In this document: one piece after another, positions 45,064-55,082 of the stretch
Position numbering within the stretch: the first letter of the stretch is position 1
Layout of the letters: the number at the start of each line of letters is the position of its first letter
Program-made: the position numbers and the translations under genes
Notes under the pieces: generated by a model
What the model saw: only the letters and a program-made list of their open reading frames with translations
The model's database searches: none
Told to the model about the DNA's origin: nothing
Source: Mayamaea pseudoterrestris
Lineage: Eukaryota
NCBI GenBank assembly: GCA_027923505.1
Contig: BROI01000008.1
Span: 868,001 to 932,000, forward strand
Reading direction: 5' to 3'
DNA: 64,000 nucleotides

Positions 45064-46713
45064 ATGATTGATGTAGAGCGCGTATACATTGGTGGTTTCG
45101 AAGATGCTCGTCTGTCGGGCACTGAGATTGTTGATCGTCTAAAGTCGCAGCTGTCCGACGCGGTTGACGTTCAAGATGACGTGCACCACGGCTCCTGCTT
45201 TTGTCATATAAACGTTGTTTCCAAGAAGGAAGGAGTATCTGGTCTTGACAGTATTATCAAGCTTTACCATAACGTGAAGTGGAAGGGATGTAAATTACGA
45301 GTCGAAAAGGCAAAACCTCATTTGCTCGAGCGATTGGAAGCGGAGCGGCGAGAACGGCAGAACAAAGCTATGCGTCGCACCTTGGACGCGACTCCGACAG
45401 CATCGCTGCCACGTTTCTTGAAGATCAAACAAAGACACGGCCAGGAATGCTGGAAGGTGGACACTCGGCCAATCGAAGTATCTGATTGGAAGCGATTTGA
45501 AAAGCTCCGTGCGAAACTGGCCAAGCAAAGTCAAACGGCTGTAGCGGCAAATGCAACTGCTGGTGGCCGCAAACCCAAACCGGCAATTCACTTTGCATTT
45601 GCTCCAGATGTCGCTGTTGAGACAAGTGGCCGAGTCGATGCCGCAGCAGATGAGGATGACAGTGCTTCAAGCACCTCGTCCGCGTCGTCCGTCATTGACG
45701 AGACCAAAGGAAACTACGCGTGGTCCGATGACGATTCCAGCGGGAGCAGCTGTTCATCGTCACTCGATAGAAAGGCAATACATCAGAACAAGCTACTCAA
45801 GGAACCTAGCATGATTGACGAATTTGTTCAGGCTCTCGATGCATGTTCTGCTGTCTCGGGCGATTCTGCCGACGATGCATCTTCAAACAGCAATGACAGT
45901 GTGACGGGTTTGGAGGATGAAGTTGAACGGGGACTTAACGTCTTGGCAGAATTGTTTCCTGGTGTGAACAAGACTGCGCACACTATTGACAAAAAGGCGG
46001 AAAATAATGTTGCAGCCCTTGGTGCAGCAAGTGCGAACGTCGTGATGGAGCGGTATGATCCATCTCAAAAGTCGGCCGAGAAGTATGTGATCTCCGTCAG
46101 TGCGAACGAGGTCAAGTCACACGAGTCAGATATGTCGTTGATGGAAGAGTCTGAAGCTTTGGAGACAGAGGAAGTTGAACGGATTGACTCAGTGCATGTG
46201 GGAGACGCATCAGATGTGTACGAGGAAAAGAAGCTGGAAGCCGTGTTTCGTCACGCGAGAGAATCTTTCGTGCCGGTGGTCGCTACACCGAACGATACGC
46301 AAGATAGCGCTGCTACGTTCTCGTTTGGCTTTCAAGTTGATGCTCAAGAAAAACAAAATTCGGTGGATGCTACTACTTTCGAGTTCTCAGTCAACGTCAA
46401 GGATCAAAGCGAACCAGCCAACGCACCGGTCGAAGCCGCAGCTGAACTTGATGGCACCAGTAAAGCGTCATCCAATGCTGAGAAACCGACCATGAGACGA
46501 AAGCTGCTTTTTAGTAAAGAGGAGTTGAGTTCATTTGTGGAAGATTTCTTTTTGCTGGGCGATGGCCCAAAAATACGAGACGATTTGGAGCGCTATAGAG
46601 GAGATGAGCAAATTCACGAAGAGTGGCTACAGGAACGAAAGGCGCTTACTCTGGATTGGAAGAGAAAGCGGAAGCATGCCATGTCGAAGCAACGAAATCG
46701 CCATAAGGCATGA
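45064..46713 (+). CDS. NOL8/Nop8-like nucleolar RRM protein
   Basis: N-terminal RRM RVYIGG...YHNVKWKGCKLRVEKAKPHLLERLEAER; acidic low-complexity middle; basic C-terminus W..ERKALTLDWKRKRK. Confidence 0.7.
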   Translation: MIDVERVYIGGFEDARLSGTEIVDRLKSQLSDAVDVQDDVHHGSCFCHINVVSKKEGVSGLDSIIKLYHNVKWKGCKLRVEKAKPHLLERLEAERRERQNKAMRRTLDATPTASLPRFLKIKQRHGQECWKVDTRPIEVSDWKRFEKLRAKLAKQSQTAVAANATAGGRKPKPAIHFAFAPDVAVETSGRVDAAADEDDSASSTSSASSVIDETKGNYAWSDDDSSGSSCSSSLDRKAIHQNKLLKEPSMIDEFVQALDACSAVSGDSADDASSNSNDSVTGLEDEVERGLNVLAELFPGVNKTAHTIDKKAENNVAALGAASANVVMERYDPSQKSAEKYVISVSANEVKSHESDMSLMEESEALETEEVERIDSVHVGDASDVYEEKKLEAVFRHARESFVPVVATPNDTQDSAATFSFGFQVDAQEKQNSVDATTFEFSVNVKDQSEPANAPVEAAAELDGTSKASSNAEKPTMRRKLLFSKEELSSFVEDFFLLGDGPKIRDDLERYRGDEQIHEEWLQERKALTLDWKRKRKHAMSKQRNRHKA

Positions 46714-46758
46714 CAGGTAGTTTATGTTTACAGCTGATCGTTAGCTTTATCGTGTAGG

Positions 46759-47916
46759 CTATGCCTTCGAAAATTCCACAATGTCGCCGATTTTATGTGT
46801 CGCGGAACCTCGTTTTAAAGGCTTGGGTTGGGACTCGTCAGGTTTCCATCCAATTGCGTATATTACTTGGACGGACGCTTCAATCTCGCTGTTGCTGTCG
46901 CCATCATCTGATGGAAGGGAGAAGGAATGATCGTAGATGCATGCCGCCGCAAGTAGCACATCCAATGGCGTCCGATCTCTTTTCTTTGTACATGCGTTGC
47001 TTTCTCCCATTCTTTGCAAATGCTCCATTAAAACGCCAGCATCAGGAAATGAAACACTGACCGTATCAATGTCAATTGTTGGTAGTGCCAATCCTGCTCT
47101 TTGCAATAGCGATCCTACGTCAACCAGCTGCACAAACGGCCCAACGTGGGGTGATACGCCGCCGTCGCGCTCCAACTCTGCCAAGACGAATGACGCTCGG
47201 AGCTCTGGCAGGCTCGTTCCTCCAACAATGGCTAGCAGGAAACATCCGTCTGGTTTCAATACACGCGAGACTTCTGAAAATAAACCAGGCAAGTCATTCA
47301 CCCAGTGCAAGCTGGCGCTACTGATGACTAAATCAAAAGTTCCATCTGGAAACGGCAAAGTCGCCTCCTCATCAGAAACAAGTCTGTATGTATCGCAACG
47401 GTCGCTTCCAGGAAAGTCAACATTATTTTCATCGCGCCGCAACATTTCTTCTGCAGAATCCAGCTGCACCAACTTGACAACGCCACCAATGCCTCCTCGG
47501 CCTTGAACAGCATCATCGGCGCATATTGCTCTGTGGATATATCCTGCTCCAGCTCCAATGTCGAGTGTGAGTGGAAAACCTTCATCGCGTTGAATGTCAT
47601 CCAGTCGATCCACGAGACGAGCGGCAATTTCTTCGCGGAAGTAGTCATAGTGGATAATGTCGTCTTGGTTCTTGACGTTGTTCTTCCAAACGTTTTGAGC
47701 TCGTGCAGCAGCGTTTCTTTGTTTCTGCTTGACGTCGCGATCAAAGGCATGCGTTGCTGCAGTCGTCGTTGACAATGTTCGCATGGGTGACGACCTTGCT
47801 GTGACGTGAATTTCGTGTTGTGCGCGACAATTTGACGCCCCTGCCACGGCTAAAAGTATTCGACGTCTAGGGATGTCAACGCATGTTGCTATAGACTTTT
47901 TCGATGCTCGATACAT
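46759..47916 (-). CDS. NDUFAF5: NDUFAF5 complex I assembly factor (SAM-dependent fold)
   Basis: AFDRDVKQKQR, DYFREEIAARLVDRLDDI, LDIGAGAG, LHWVNDLPG, ERDGGVSPHVGP, LQRMGESNA, IGWKP..SQPKPLKRGS. Confidence 0.93.
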   Translation of the reverse strand: MYRASKKSIATCVDIPRRRILLAVAGASNCRAQHEIHVTARSSPMRTLSTTTAATHAFDRDVKQKQRNAAARAQNVWKNNVKNQDDIIHYDYFREEIAARLVDRLDDIQRDEGFPLTLDIGAGAGYIHRAICADDAVQGRGGIGGVVKLVQLDSAEEMLRRDENNVDFPGSDRCDTYRLVSDEEATLPFPDGTFDLVISSASLHWVNDLPGLFSEVSRVLKPDGCFLLAIVGGTSLPELRASFVLAELERDGGVSPHVGPFVQLVDVGSLLQRAGLALPTIDIDTVSVSFPDAGVLMEHLQRMGESNACTKKRDRTPLDVLLAAACIYDHSFSLPSDDGDSNSEIEASVQVIYAIGWKPDESQPKPLKRGSATHKIGDIVEFSKA

Positions 47917-48320
47917 TGTTGAACCTTGAAAAGCTAGCGTAAAAGCGGTCTTCTTTGCCAGCCAATGGCGACAAAAATGATGCCTAAGAAGCTTTGTCAA
48001 GCCACTCAATCCTTTTCTGTAGCTCTGCTTCCCAGACTTCCCAATTGGATACAGTCAAATCAAATTTGGCTCTTGGCAAGCCTTGTGTGAGACACAAGAA
48101 CAAGATCGGCGTCGAGTAATCCTTTCTCGACCGCGCCGTCGCGCGCTGGTCGAATGTGAAACGGCATGTGTCGCACCAGCAAACGGTCAGACCAGCGAAA
48201 CTGAGTCCCGGAGTGACTTTGATGATGGAGATGGGACAACGACACGTCGGTCGACCATGACGCTTGAAATCTTGGAATAGAGTAGTCTGAAAAGGTTGCA
48301 AAATTCAAATCTCGAGCAAT

Positions 48321-49535
48321 ATGGTGTCCGAACAAGAGGCTCAGGCATTAAATCAAAGTGTTGAAGATATCCTTGATTATGGAGCGGCGTCGGCGGACGA
48401 ACTAGCAGACGAAGATCATGACGGCGACGGCAACGCCAACAACGAAGCTTTGTCTGCGGCTAACGCGGCCGAACAAGAAGATGCAGACGAAGTACCGGTA
48501 GATCCGGAAATGGACGATGCAGGCGAAATTGCCGTGGCGGCGCTTACCAGACGACTCCGATGCATGTTTCATGTCGTGACATGGCCCGTTGTTCCTCTCG
48601 GAACCATTGTCGTGCTTGCACTCGTGTGGATGCTTTGCGCTGCATTTGTCAAGGAAATTCACAATCAATGTGCACAGCCATTGCACTGGTACGCCGGAGC
48701 GTCTTTACTTATATTTCTGTACAGTCCGTTCCATACAACCATGCGAGCAAGGCTGTTTAACTATCAGCGAGACAGGGACGGACCAAATCGACCTCCGAGT
48801 GCACGACGGTGCGATCAAGTATACCACACCATTGCACTCCTTTACGTCTACGCTGGCATTACCATGGTGCAGACTTGTCGAGAGGAATCACTGCCTGATG
48901 GAGAAAATAATGAAGCAGGCACATGCGCGAACACTTGTCCAGCGCTCTTTCGAGCCATGTCAGTCTATGTGGTGTCGCTCGAGGTGTTTACGTTTAGCTT
49001 GATTCTTCCCTTGCTATTTCTGCCGTGCATTTACTTGTGGCTGCTCCGACAAGTGACAGTTGATAGTGAAACCTTGGCAATCCTGCAGGAGCGACTGCGA
49101 GACGAGGAACTGCTATTTCGCAACGGCGGCGTGACAGGCAGTGAAGTCATGGCGCAGTTGGAGCGCGTCAAATTGGTGGAGGATCCGGAGCATGGTCGCA
49201 TCGTCGTCGTGGGAGCGAATGACAAGGATCTTTTGGACGCAAAAGACTCAAATGGTGTGCGAGACTGCTGCATCTGCATGAGCGACTTTCGTATTCATGA
49301 TGCACAAATGGACGTGGAGACTGGAGTTTCTTCTGAGGAAGATGCAGAGGATGACGAGGCGGAAGCGATTGTTCGCACTCCTTGTGGGCATATTATGCAT
49401 CTACAGTGCATGGCCAGTTGGATTGATGGGCGTTGGCAGAGCTCTGGGCCGCAAGCGGCTGTTAATGAAGATGGTTTGACGAGAAGAGCGCGACGGACAA
49501 CTTGCCCGTTGTGCCGGAGTGATCTTCGGTCGTGA
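48321..49535 (+). CDS. Multi-TM RING-H2 E3 ubiquitin ligase
   Basis: About 4 TM helices, CAQPLHW, and RING CCIC...TPCGHIMHLQCMASW...CPLCR with insertions. Confidence 0.88.
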   Translation: MVSEQEAQALNQSVEDILDYGAASADELADEDHDGDGNANNEALSAANAAEQEDADEVPVDPEMDDAGEIAVAALTRRLRCMFHVVTWPVVPLGTIVVLALVWMLCAAFVKEIHNQCAQPLHWYAGASLLIFLYSPFHTTMRARLFNYQRDRDGPNRPPSARRCDQVYHTIALLYVYAGITMVQTCREESLPDGENNEAGTCANTCPALFRAMSVYVVSLEVFTFSLILPLLFLPCIYLWLLRQVTVDSETLAILQERLRDEELLFRNGGVTGSEVMAQLERVKLVEDPEHGRIVVVGANDKDLLDAKDSNGVRDCCICMSDFRIHDAQMDVETGVSSEEDAEDDEAEAIVRTPCGHIMHLQCMASWIDGRWQSSGPQAAVNEDGLTRRARRTTCPLCRSDLRS

Positions 49536-49620
49536 TGGTTGGTCGTGGACCATATAATTTTGTTTATTAACATATCTGATGATGCGCGCACGTGGCTTTT
49601 ATTATCTGCCTACTAATAGC

Positions 49621-51312
49621 TTACATATTAGACTCTAAAGCTATAGCTGCTCGGAGAAGTGTTGCTTCACCAAAACGTGAGCCAATTAGTTGCATGCCTG
49701 GTGCAAATATAAATTCAGCAAAACCTTTGTTTGTAGGGCAAACTGAAATAGATGGAAGCCCAGCCAGACTTGCGGGGACCGTCATGATGTCATTCGCTAG
49801 CATCTCGGTCGAATCGGCGCAGTTATCCAGTGACACAGGAGGGAATATAGCGGTTGGTACGAGTAGCATATCAAAGGACTCCAGTGATGTATGCAGCTGT
49901 CGAATTAAAATGGATCTGAGCTTTGCCGCAGCTTCATAATATGTATGAAAGCGATCGGAGGATAGGACTGCAGTTCCAGAAAGGATTCGTCGGGCGACTT
50001 CACGACCAAAACCATTCGACCGTGTAGCAATATATTGATGCTCCAGAGCAGACAATTGGAGCTCCCGGGCCAATTCATCAGTCACCTCAGCGAGGTTGGC
50101 TGCGACTCCGTACCGAAGACCATCGTAACGGGCAAGATTAGAGCTTGCTTCGGCGCAGGCAAGGACATAGTAGGCCGACAGCGCCTGGCGAACTACATCG
50201 GCAGACATGTCATGGGTGCCAATAACCTCGATTGACGCTCCAAGTGTCTCTAATTGACAAGCTGTCTGGTCCCATGCATCCAGCACTTCTTTTGAACATT
50301 CTTTAATAGAGAAGGCGGCTGGTATGCCAATTGTTACTCCATCTAAAGGCTTCGATTCGTAGGCGGGTGTCAGCGATTCGTGCACAACATGTTCGAGCAT
50401 AGACTTTCTTTTTAATGACCGATCCATTGTTGAATCGCAATCGCTAATAGAGGTCTGCAGCAAGCAATCAAGAACAATCGACGCGCAGTCTGATGATGGA
50501 GTCATAATCCCAGGACAATCCAGCGACGACGCGTAGCTGACCAGTCCATGCCGTGACAAGAGCCCATATGTTGGTTTCAATCCCACAATGTTGCACCAAG
50601 CAGCCGGTAGTCGGACAGATCCTCCAGTGTCCGTTCCGAGGGAAGCAATGCAAGATCCGTGCGCCACAGAGGCGGCACTGCCACATGAAGAACCTCCAGC
50701 AGAGTAAGTTAAACCTACGTTAGTTGCGGCGTCATGTGCATCCAAAATGGCGACTGACTCTAGATGGAGTACCCGAATGACCTCTTCATCTGACATGTCT
50801 CGCTTCCCTATTTTCTGAAGAAACAAAGTCGGGTTTTTGGTTGCTATTTTTCCGTTAACATTGACTACATTCGTCCCGAGACTCCCCATGCCGAATTCAT
50901 CCATTGTCGTGCTTCCCAGACAGACAGCTCCACCAAATCCTAGCAAGCTCTCCACTACATCCGAATTGTAGTTGGCAGCAGGCATTTTATCCACACAATG
51001 AGCTCCTAGTATGCGGCTGCCGGCTGTCAATGGAAGGAACTCAACGGCAATATTCGCCTTGACAGTCACAGGTATTCCATCTAACAAACTTTTTGGTCCT
51101 GATTGATTTCTGCGTGCATCCGAGACTCTGGCTTGTTCAAGCACTTGCTCTTTTGGTAACAAGTGAGAAAAGGCTCCAAGGTTCCAAATCTCGTCACCAG
51201 CAAGAGCCAGAGTGTAGCAGTAAGAACATAATTGTTCGCTCGTCAATGCTCCCGATGCCAGCAGTCGAGCTAGCTGACGGATTTTTAACCGAGGTAGCCC
51301 CTGCAATAGCAT
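49621..51312 (-). CDS. gatA: Glu-tRNA(Gln) amidotransferase subunit A (organellar)
   Basis: LDGIPVTVK, TMDEFGMGS, GGSSCGSAASVA, GTDTGGSVRLPA, EASSNLARYDGLRYG, FGREVARRILSGT. Confidence 0.93.
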   Translation of the reverse strand: MLLQGLPRLKIRQLARLLASGALTSEQLCSYCYTLALAGDEIWNLGAFSHLLPKEQVLEQARVSDARRNQSGPKSLLDGIPVTVKANIAVEFLPLTAGSRILGAHCVDKMPAANYNSDVVESLLGFGGAVCLGSTTMDEFGMGSLGTNVVNVNGKIATKNPTLFLQKIGKRDMSDEEVIRVLHLESVAILDAHDAATNVGLTYSAGGSSCGSAASVAHGSCIASLGTDTGGSVRLPAAWCNIVGLKPTYGLLSRHGLVSYASSLDCPGIMTPSSDCASIVLDCLLQTSISDCDSTMDRSLKRKSMLEHVVHESLTPAYESKPLDGVTIGIPAAFSIKECSKEVLDAWDQTACQLETLGASIEVIGTHDMSADVVRQALSAYYVLACAEASSNLARYDGLRYGVAANLAEVTDELARELQLSALEHQYIATRSNGFGREVARRILSGTAVLSSDRFHTYYEAAAKLRSILIRQLHTSLESFDMLLVPTAIFPPVSLDNCADSTEMLANDIMTVPASLAGLPSISVCPTNKGFAEFIFAPGMQLIGSRFGEATLLRAAIALESNM

Positions 51313-51578
51313 TTATAACTACAAACAAAACAATGTAGCGACCACAACGTGTCTGTACGGTCGGTACATTCAGTTTATCCAGGAGTTGTAACAGATGGAG
51401 GTGCAAAAAAAAATGAATCAGCGCGATGCCGGACTCCGGCACGCAGCTACTTTATACCGCAGCGACAAAGGAAATGGCTGCGAAATTACTTCAGCTTTGA
51501 GACCACAAAAGCTATCGGAACATTAACTGTAAATAAAGCCGTAAGTAATATTTACTTTTAAATGATGTCTGCGTTTAT

Positions 51579-54053
51579 TTACGAAACAACCGATGCGATG
51601 CGATTGAGAGCGCTGAGCTGCTCATGCGAGAGAGCAACGCCAGTGATGCTAGTGTATGTGGCAATAGCTTGGATTTGTTCCTTTAGCTCTCGCAAGCGAG
51701 CTTCAGATACAGACTTTGACGGTGACCAATGCTGCGAACTCCGAGACGTCTGCTTGTATTCTGCATGGAGAATTTCAACAGCAGTCAAAATAACAGCTGG
51801 CATGGCTTTCTTAAGAAGTGCATCACGTTGAGAAAACAGGCTTGCCTTTGACGACATGTCATGTTTGTTTACCGGCAAGAGATCAAGCTGCTCAAGTACT
51901 TTTGCAGCTTCCACTAACTTTCGGTCGCGATGAAGCTGGAAGAAGCGATTGAGATCAATCATCTTTCGGAAAGTGCTTATCGACATTGTCTTGTTTTCCT
52001 TTTCTAAAACGTCGACCACGTGCGTGCGCTTGGAAAGAAAATTGTTGAAAAAGGTTTCGGCATGGGACATCCAGTGACTCCGGAGGGGATCTGGTTCGTC
52101 GGGAGGAGACAAGAGGTTGCCCATCAAAGCCAATGCGTCAGCATATTTTCCTGCAAGGGACAAGCACAGAACCGCGGTCGACATTTTATTCCGATCGCTC
52201 TTGTCACGCAACAGTTGCGACGCCGCTAAACTAAGAATCTCGGTAATCTCTTCCGCTGAAAAGTGCTTGTCGAGCAGAGCGGGTCCAGTGCGAAAACCAT
52301 CCGCATCAAGTGATCCTACAAGCTGATCAGTTCGCCCAGTCTTGGCGATAAGAGCGGCGACCTCTTGACATGCACGAACCTTACTGGGAATCTTTGCGAG
52401 GTACACGAGTGCAGCGGGTACACCAAAGGAGCTGTCCGTGAGCAGCATGTCTGAGTAAGCGACGATCAGTGATGCGTCAAGATCTGTTGGCTTATCAGCG
52501 ACACGTCGATTCGTGTTGCACAAAGGAATTCCACTGCTTGAAAGTATCAGACCCACATGAGCAGCATAACAAAGTCCAACTTCGCCAGATATCTTAGCAA
52601 GATACATAAGAAGAGTTTCGTACTGTTGCGCGACAAAGAATGGCACTAAATTTTCTCCAAAATAGTCCAGTCCGAACTCTGAAATCGTTTCTCCGAACGA
52701 CATTATCTCCTCGTGCGTTCGCGATGAAAAAAGAGCCTTCCACAGCGCACCGCACATGTAATCTTCTACAGAAGAAAAGCCGAATGTATTTTCGGAGGAC
52801 GGCAGAATATCGCTTGCGCAGCACAGCGTCAAAAATCCAACTTGATAAACATCTCGGTGCTCCTGGTTGCGAGCACTATCTAACATGGCAGCAACCCTCT
52901 GTCGATCATTCGCATCAAGTCTCGCCTCCACACCTTCCCACAAACAAGCTCGTTTGCCTTGCGCCGATGCCATGGCATTCACAAGATGCATCACAGCCGG
53001 CTGGTCGCTGTGATGCATGCCCATGACGATGAGGACTTCGGAAGCTGCGACTGCGTCCCCGCATCGAAGGCAAAAGTAGGCCACCGGCCAAAGATTCGAC
53101 GTTGACGATTCTCCAACAACAAGCTTGGCAAAGGCCGCACAGGTACTTGCCATGCTGTTTTGGAAGTGTGAACCTGCAGAGGCTACCAAAGAATTGCCAG
53201 CCAAGCTTGCAGCCCGAACTCGATTAATAATGTAGGCCTGCGTCTGTTTACAAAGGAACGCAAGATATGCGACAGCCTGCTCTACCGGCGACGGCGATTC
53301 AATCTTCATCTTTAATAGTTCCTCCGTGTATTGCCAAATGAGATGGTAGGCGCTTGACAAATCCCCAGGCGGTAGGGTGGTAGTACCCAACTTTGCTGCA
53401 GCAACAGCGAGATCCGAACTGGAAGCAATGATATCCAAATGCTCTCGAACAATGCTACTTTCAAGACGCTTGGTTAAGGCTCCAGGATATGAACGTCGTT
53501 GAAGCACAGGTGTCGATGTATCCAGTTGGTATGGCAGTGCAAGACGTTGCTCACTGGAACGTCCAGGATCTTCCAACAATTGCTGCACACGAAGAGGCGA
53601 CGTGGACGACGAAGATGATGTACCCAAGATGTTCTTAATCCACTTCTCTCGGTCTCGCTTCCAAGCCTTTTGCATCCGCTGCTCAAACCGATCATCGATT
53701 TGTTTCCGCGTCTTGCTTTCCGCTCGTTCAATAATGCGATCCATAATTGCTCGCTCATGCTCGGCAACGCGCTCATCCCAGCTATCACCATGGAGCTGCG
53801 TTGATCCTTCAGTTAATCGAGCGGGTACTTTAAATTGAGAAACATCCAAGAAAGACTGCGACTCTTGTCCGGGCGCTGCCGCGAACTCAGTGGGCAGAGT
53901 GGGGCGAGGTAGTAGTGGTTGTGGTGCTGCGGCAGCAGCGCTTAATGACGCTACACCTTGAGCCGCATGGCCATTCCTTTCAAACCCACTATAACTGATA
54001 AAACTAGGAGGCGCTTGAGAGGCCAAGTCACTCCAGTCCATTGCATCAGTCAT
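51579..54053 (-). CDS. NUP93: Nucleoporin Nup93/Nic96
   Basis: N-terminal coiled coil ...AWKRDREK, WPVAYFCLRCGD, SVEDYM, QYETLL.YL, AAHVGLIL, ALVYL. Confidence 0.8.
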   Translation of the reverse strand: MTDAMDWSDLASQAPPSFISYSGFERNGHAAQGVASLSAAAAAPQPLLPRPTLPTEFAAAPGQESQSFLDVSQFKVPARLTEGSTQLHGDSWDERVAEHERAIMDRIIERAESKTRKQIDDRFEQRMQKAWKRDREKWIKNILGTSSSSSTSPLRVQQLLEDPGRSSEQRLALPYQLDTSTPVLQRRSYPGALTKRLESSIVREHLDIIASSSDLAVAAAKLGTTTLPPGDLSSAYHLIWQYTEELLKMKIESPSPVEQAVAYLAFLCKQTQAYIINRVRAASLAGNSLVASAGSHFQNSMASTCAAFAKLVVGESSTSNLWPVAYFCLRCGDAVAASEVLIVMGMHHSDQPAVMHLVNAMASAQGKRACLWEGVEARLDANDRQRVAAMLDSARNQEHRDVYQVGFLTLCCASDILPSSENTFGFSSVEDYMCGALWKALFSSRTHEEIMSFGETISEFGLDYFGENLVPFFVAQQYETLLMYLAKISGEVGLCYAAHVGLILSSSGIPLCNTNRRVADKPTDLDASLIVAYSDMLLTDSSFGVPAALVYLAKIPSKVRACQEVAALIAKTGRTDQLVGSLDADGFRTGPALLDKHFSAEEITEILSLAASQLLRDKSDRNKMSTAVLCLSLAGKYADALALMGNLLSPPDEPDPLRSHWMSHAETFFNNFLSKRTHVVDVLEKENKTMSISTFRKMIDLNRFFQLHRDRKLVEAAKVLEQLDLLPVNKHDMSSKASLFSQRDALLKKAMPAVILTAVEILHAEYKQTSRSSQHWSPSKSVSEARLRELKEQIQAIATYTSITGVALSHEQLSALNRIASVVS

Positions 54054-54181
54054 GATCAAAATCCAACCAGGCTATCGGGACAGGGACAAGTAGTAGGTAT
54101 AGTGGCTGCGAAAGGTGCGGCAAGAGGAGGTGGAGCTGCTCCCAACCGGTTTTGAAAAGACGTGGCAGAACTTCTTTCAAC

Positions 54182-55079
54182 AACCAGCTCCATGGTGCTA
54201 CAGTGTGTGGCCTTCAAAACTGCCCCCAATAGTCCTGTTTAATAATTTCTGTGTTGGCTATGCTTGGGGACATATTTGCAGTGAGATTGGTGCATAAAAA
54301 TCATTCCCAACTCACGTGTAGCATCAGTTGTTTGGTAGGGCAGACGTACACCACACAGTAACCAACTCCACGGTGCTACAGTGTGTGGCCTTAAAAGACT
54401 ACCCCCGAGAGTCTTCCATAAATTCTGTTCTGGCTATGCTTGGGGACATGTATGCGGTGAGATTGGTGCATAACAATCATTCCGAGCTCACGTGTAGCAT
54501 CAGTTGTTTGGGAGGGAAGGGGTTCATAAACACAGTATCGAGCTCCATGGTGCTACAGTGTGTGGCCATTCAAAAGACTACCCCCAATGGTCTTTTTCCA
54601 TGCATTCTGTTTTCCCTATGCTTGGGGACATAAATGCGGTGAGATTGGTGCATAACAATCATTCCCAGCTCACATGTAGCATCAGTTGTTTGGGAGGGCA
54701 GAGGTCCACACAGTAACCAGCTCCATGGTGCTACAGTGTGTGGCCTTCAAAGACTACCTTGATAGTCTTGTTTTATGAATTCTGTTTTGGCTATGCTTGA
54801 AGACATATATGCGATGAGATTGGTGCATAGCAATCATTCCCAGCTCACGTGTAGCATTGGTTGTCGGGAGGGCAGCAGTTCATAAACACAGTAACCAGCC
54901 CATGGTGCTACAGTGTGTGGCCTTCAAAGACTACCTTGATAGTCTTGTTCCATGAATTTTGTACAATCTATGCTTGGGGACACGTATGCGGTGAGATTGG
55001 TGCATAACAATCATTCCCAGCTCATGTGTAGCATCAGTTGTTTGGGAGGGCAAACGTCCACACAGTAACCAGCTCCATG
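54182..55079. repeat. Tandem satellite A, ~178-bp monomer, 5 units plus partial
   Basis: An AGCTCCATGG-type anchor (some copies variant) recurs at 54186, 54364, 54541, 54719, 54897 and 55071. Confidence 0.97.
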
Positions 55080-55082
55080 CCA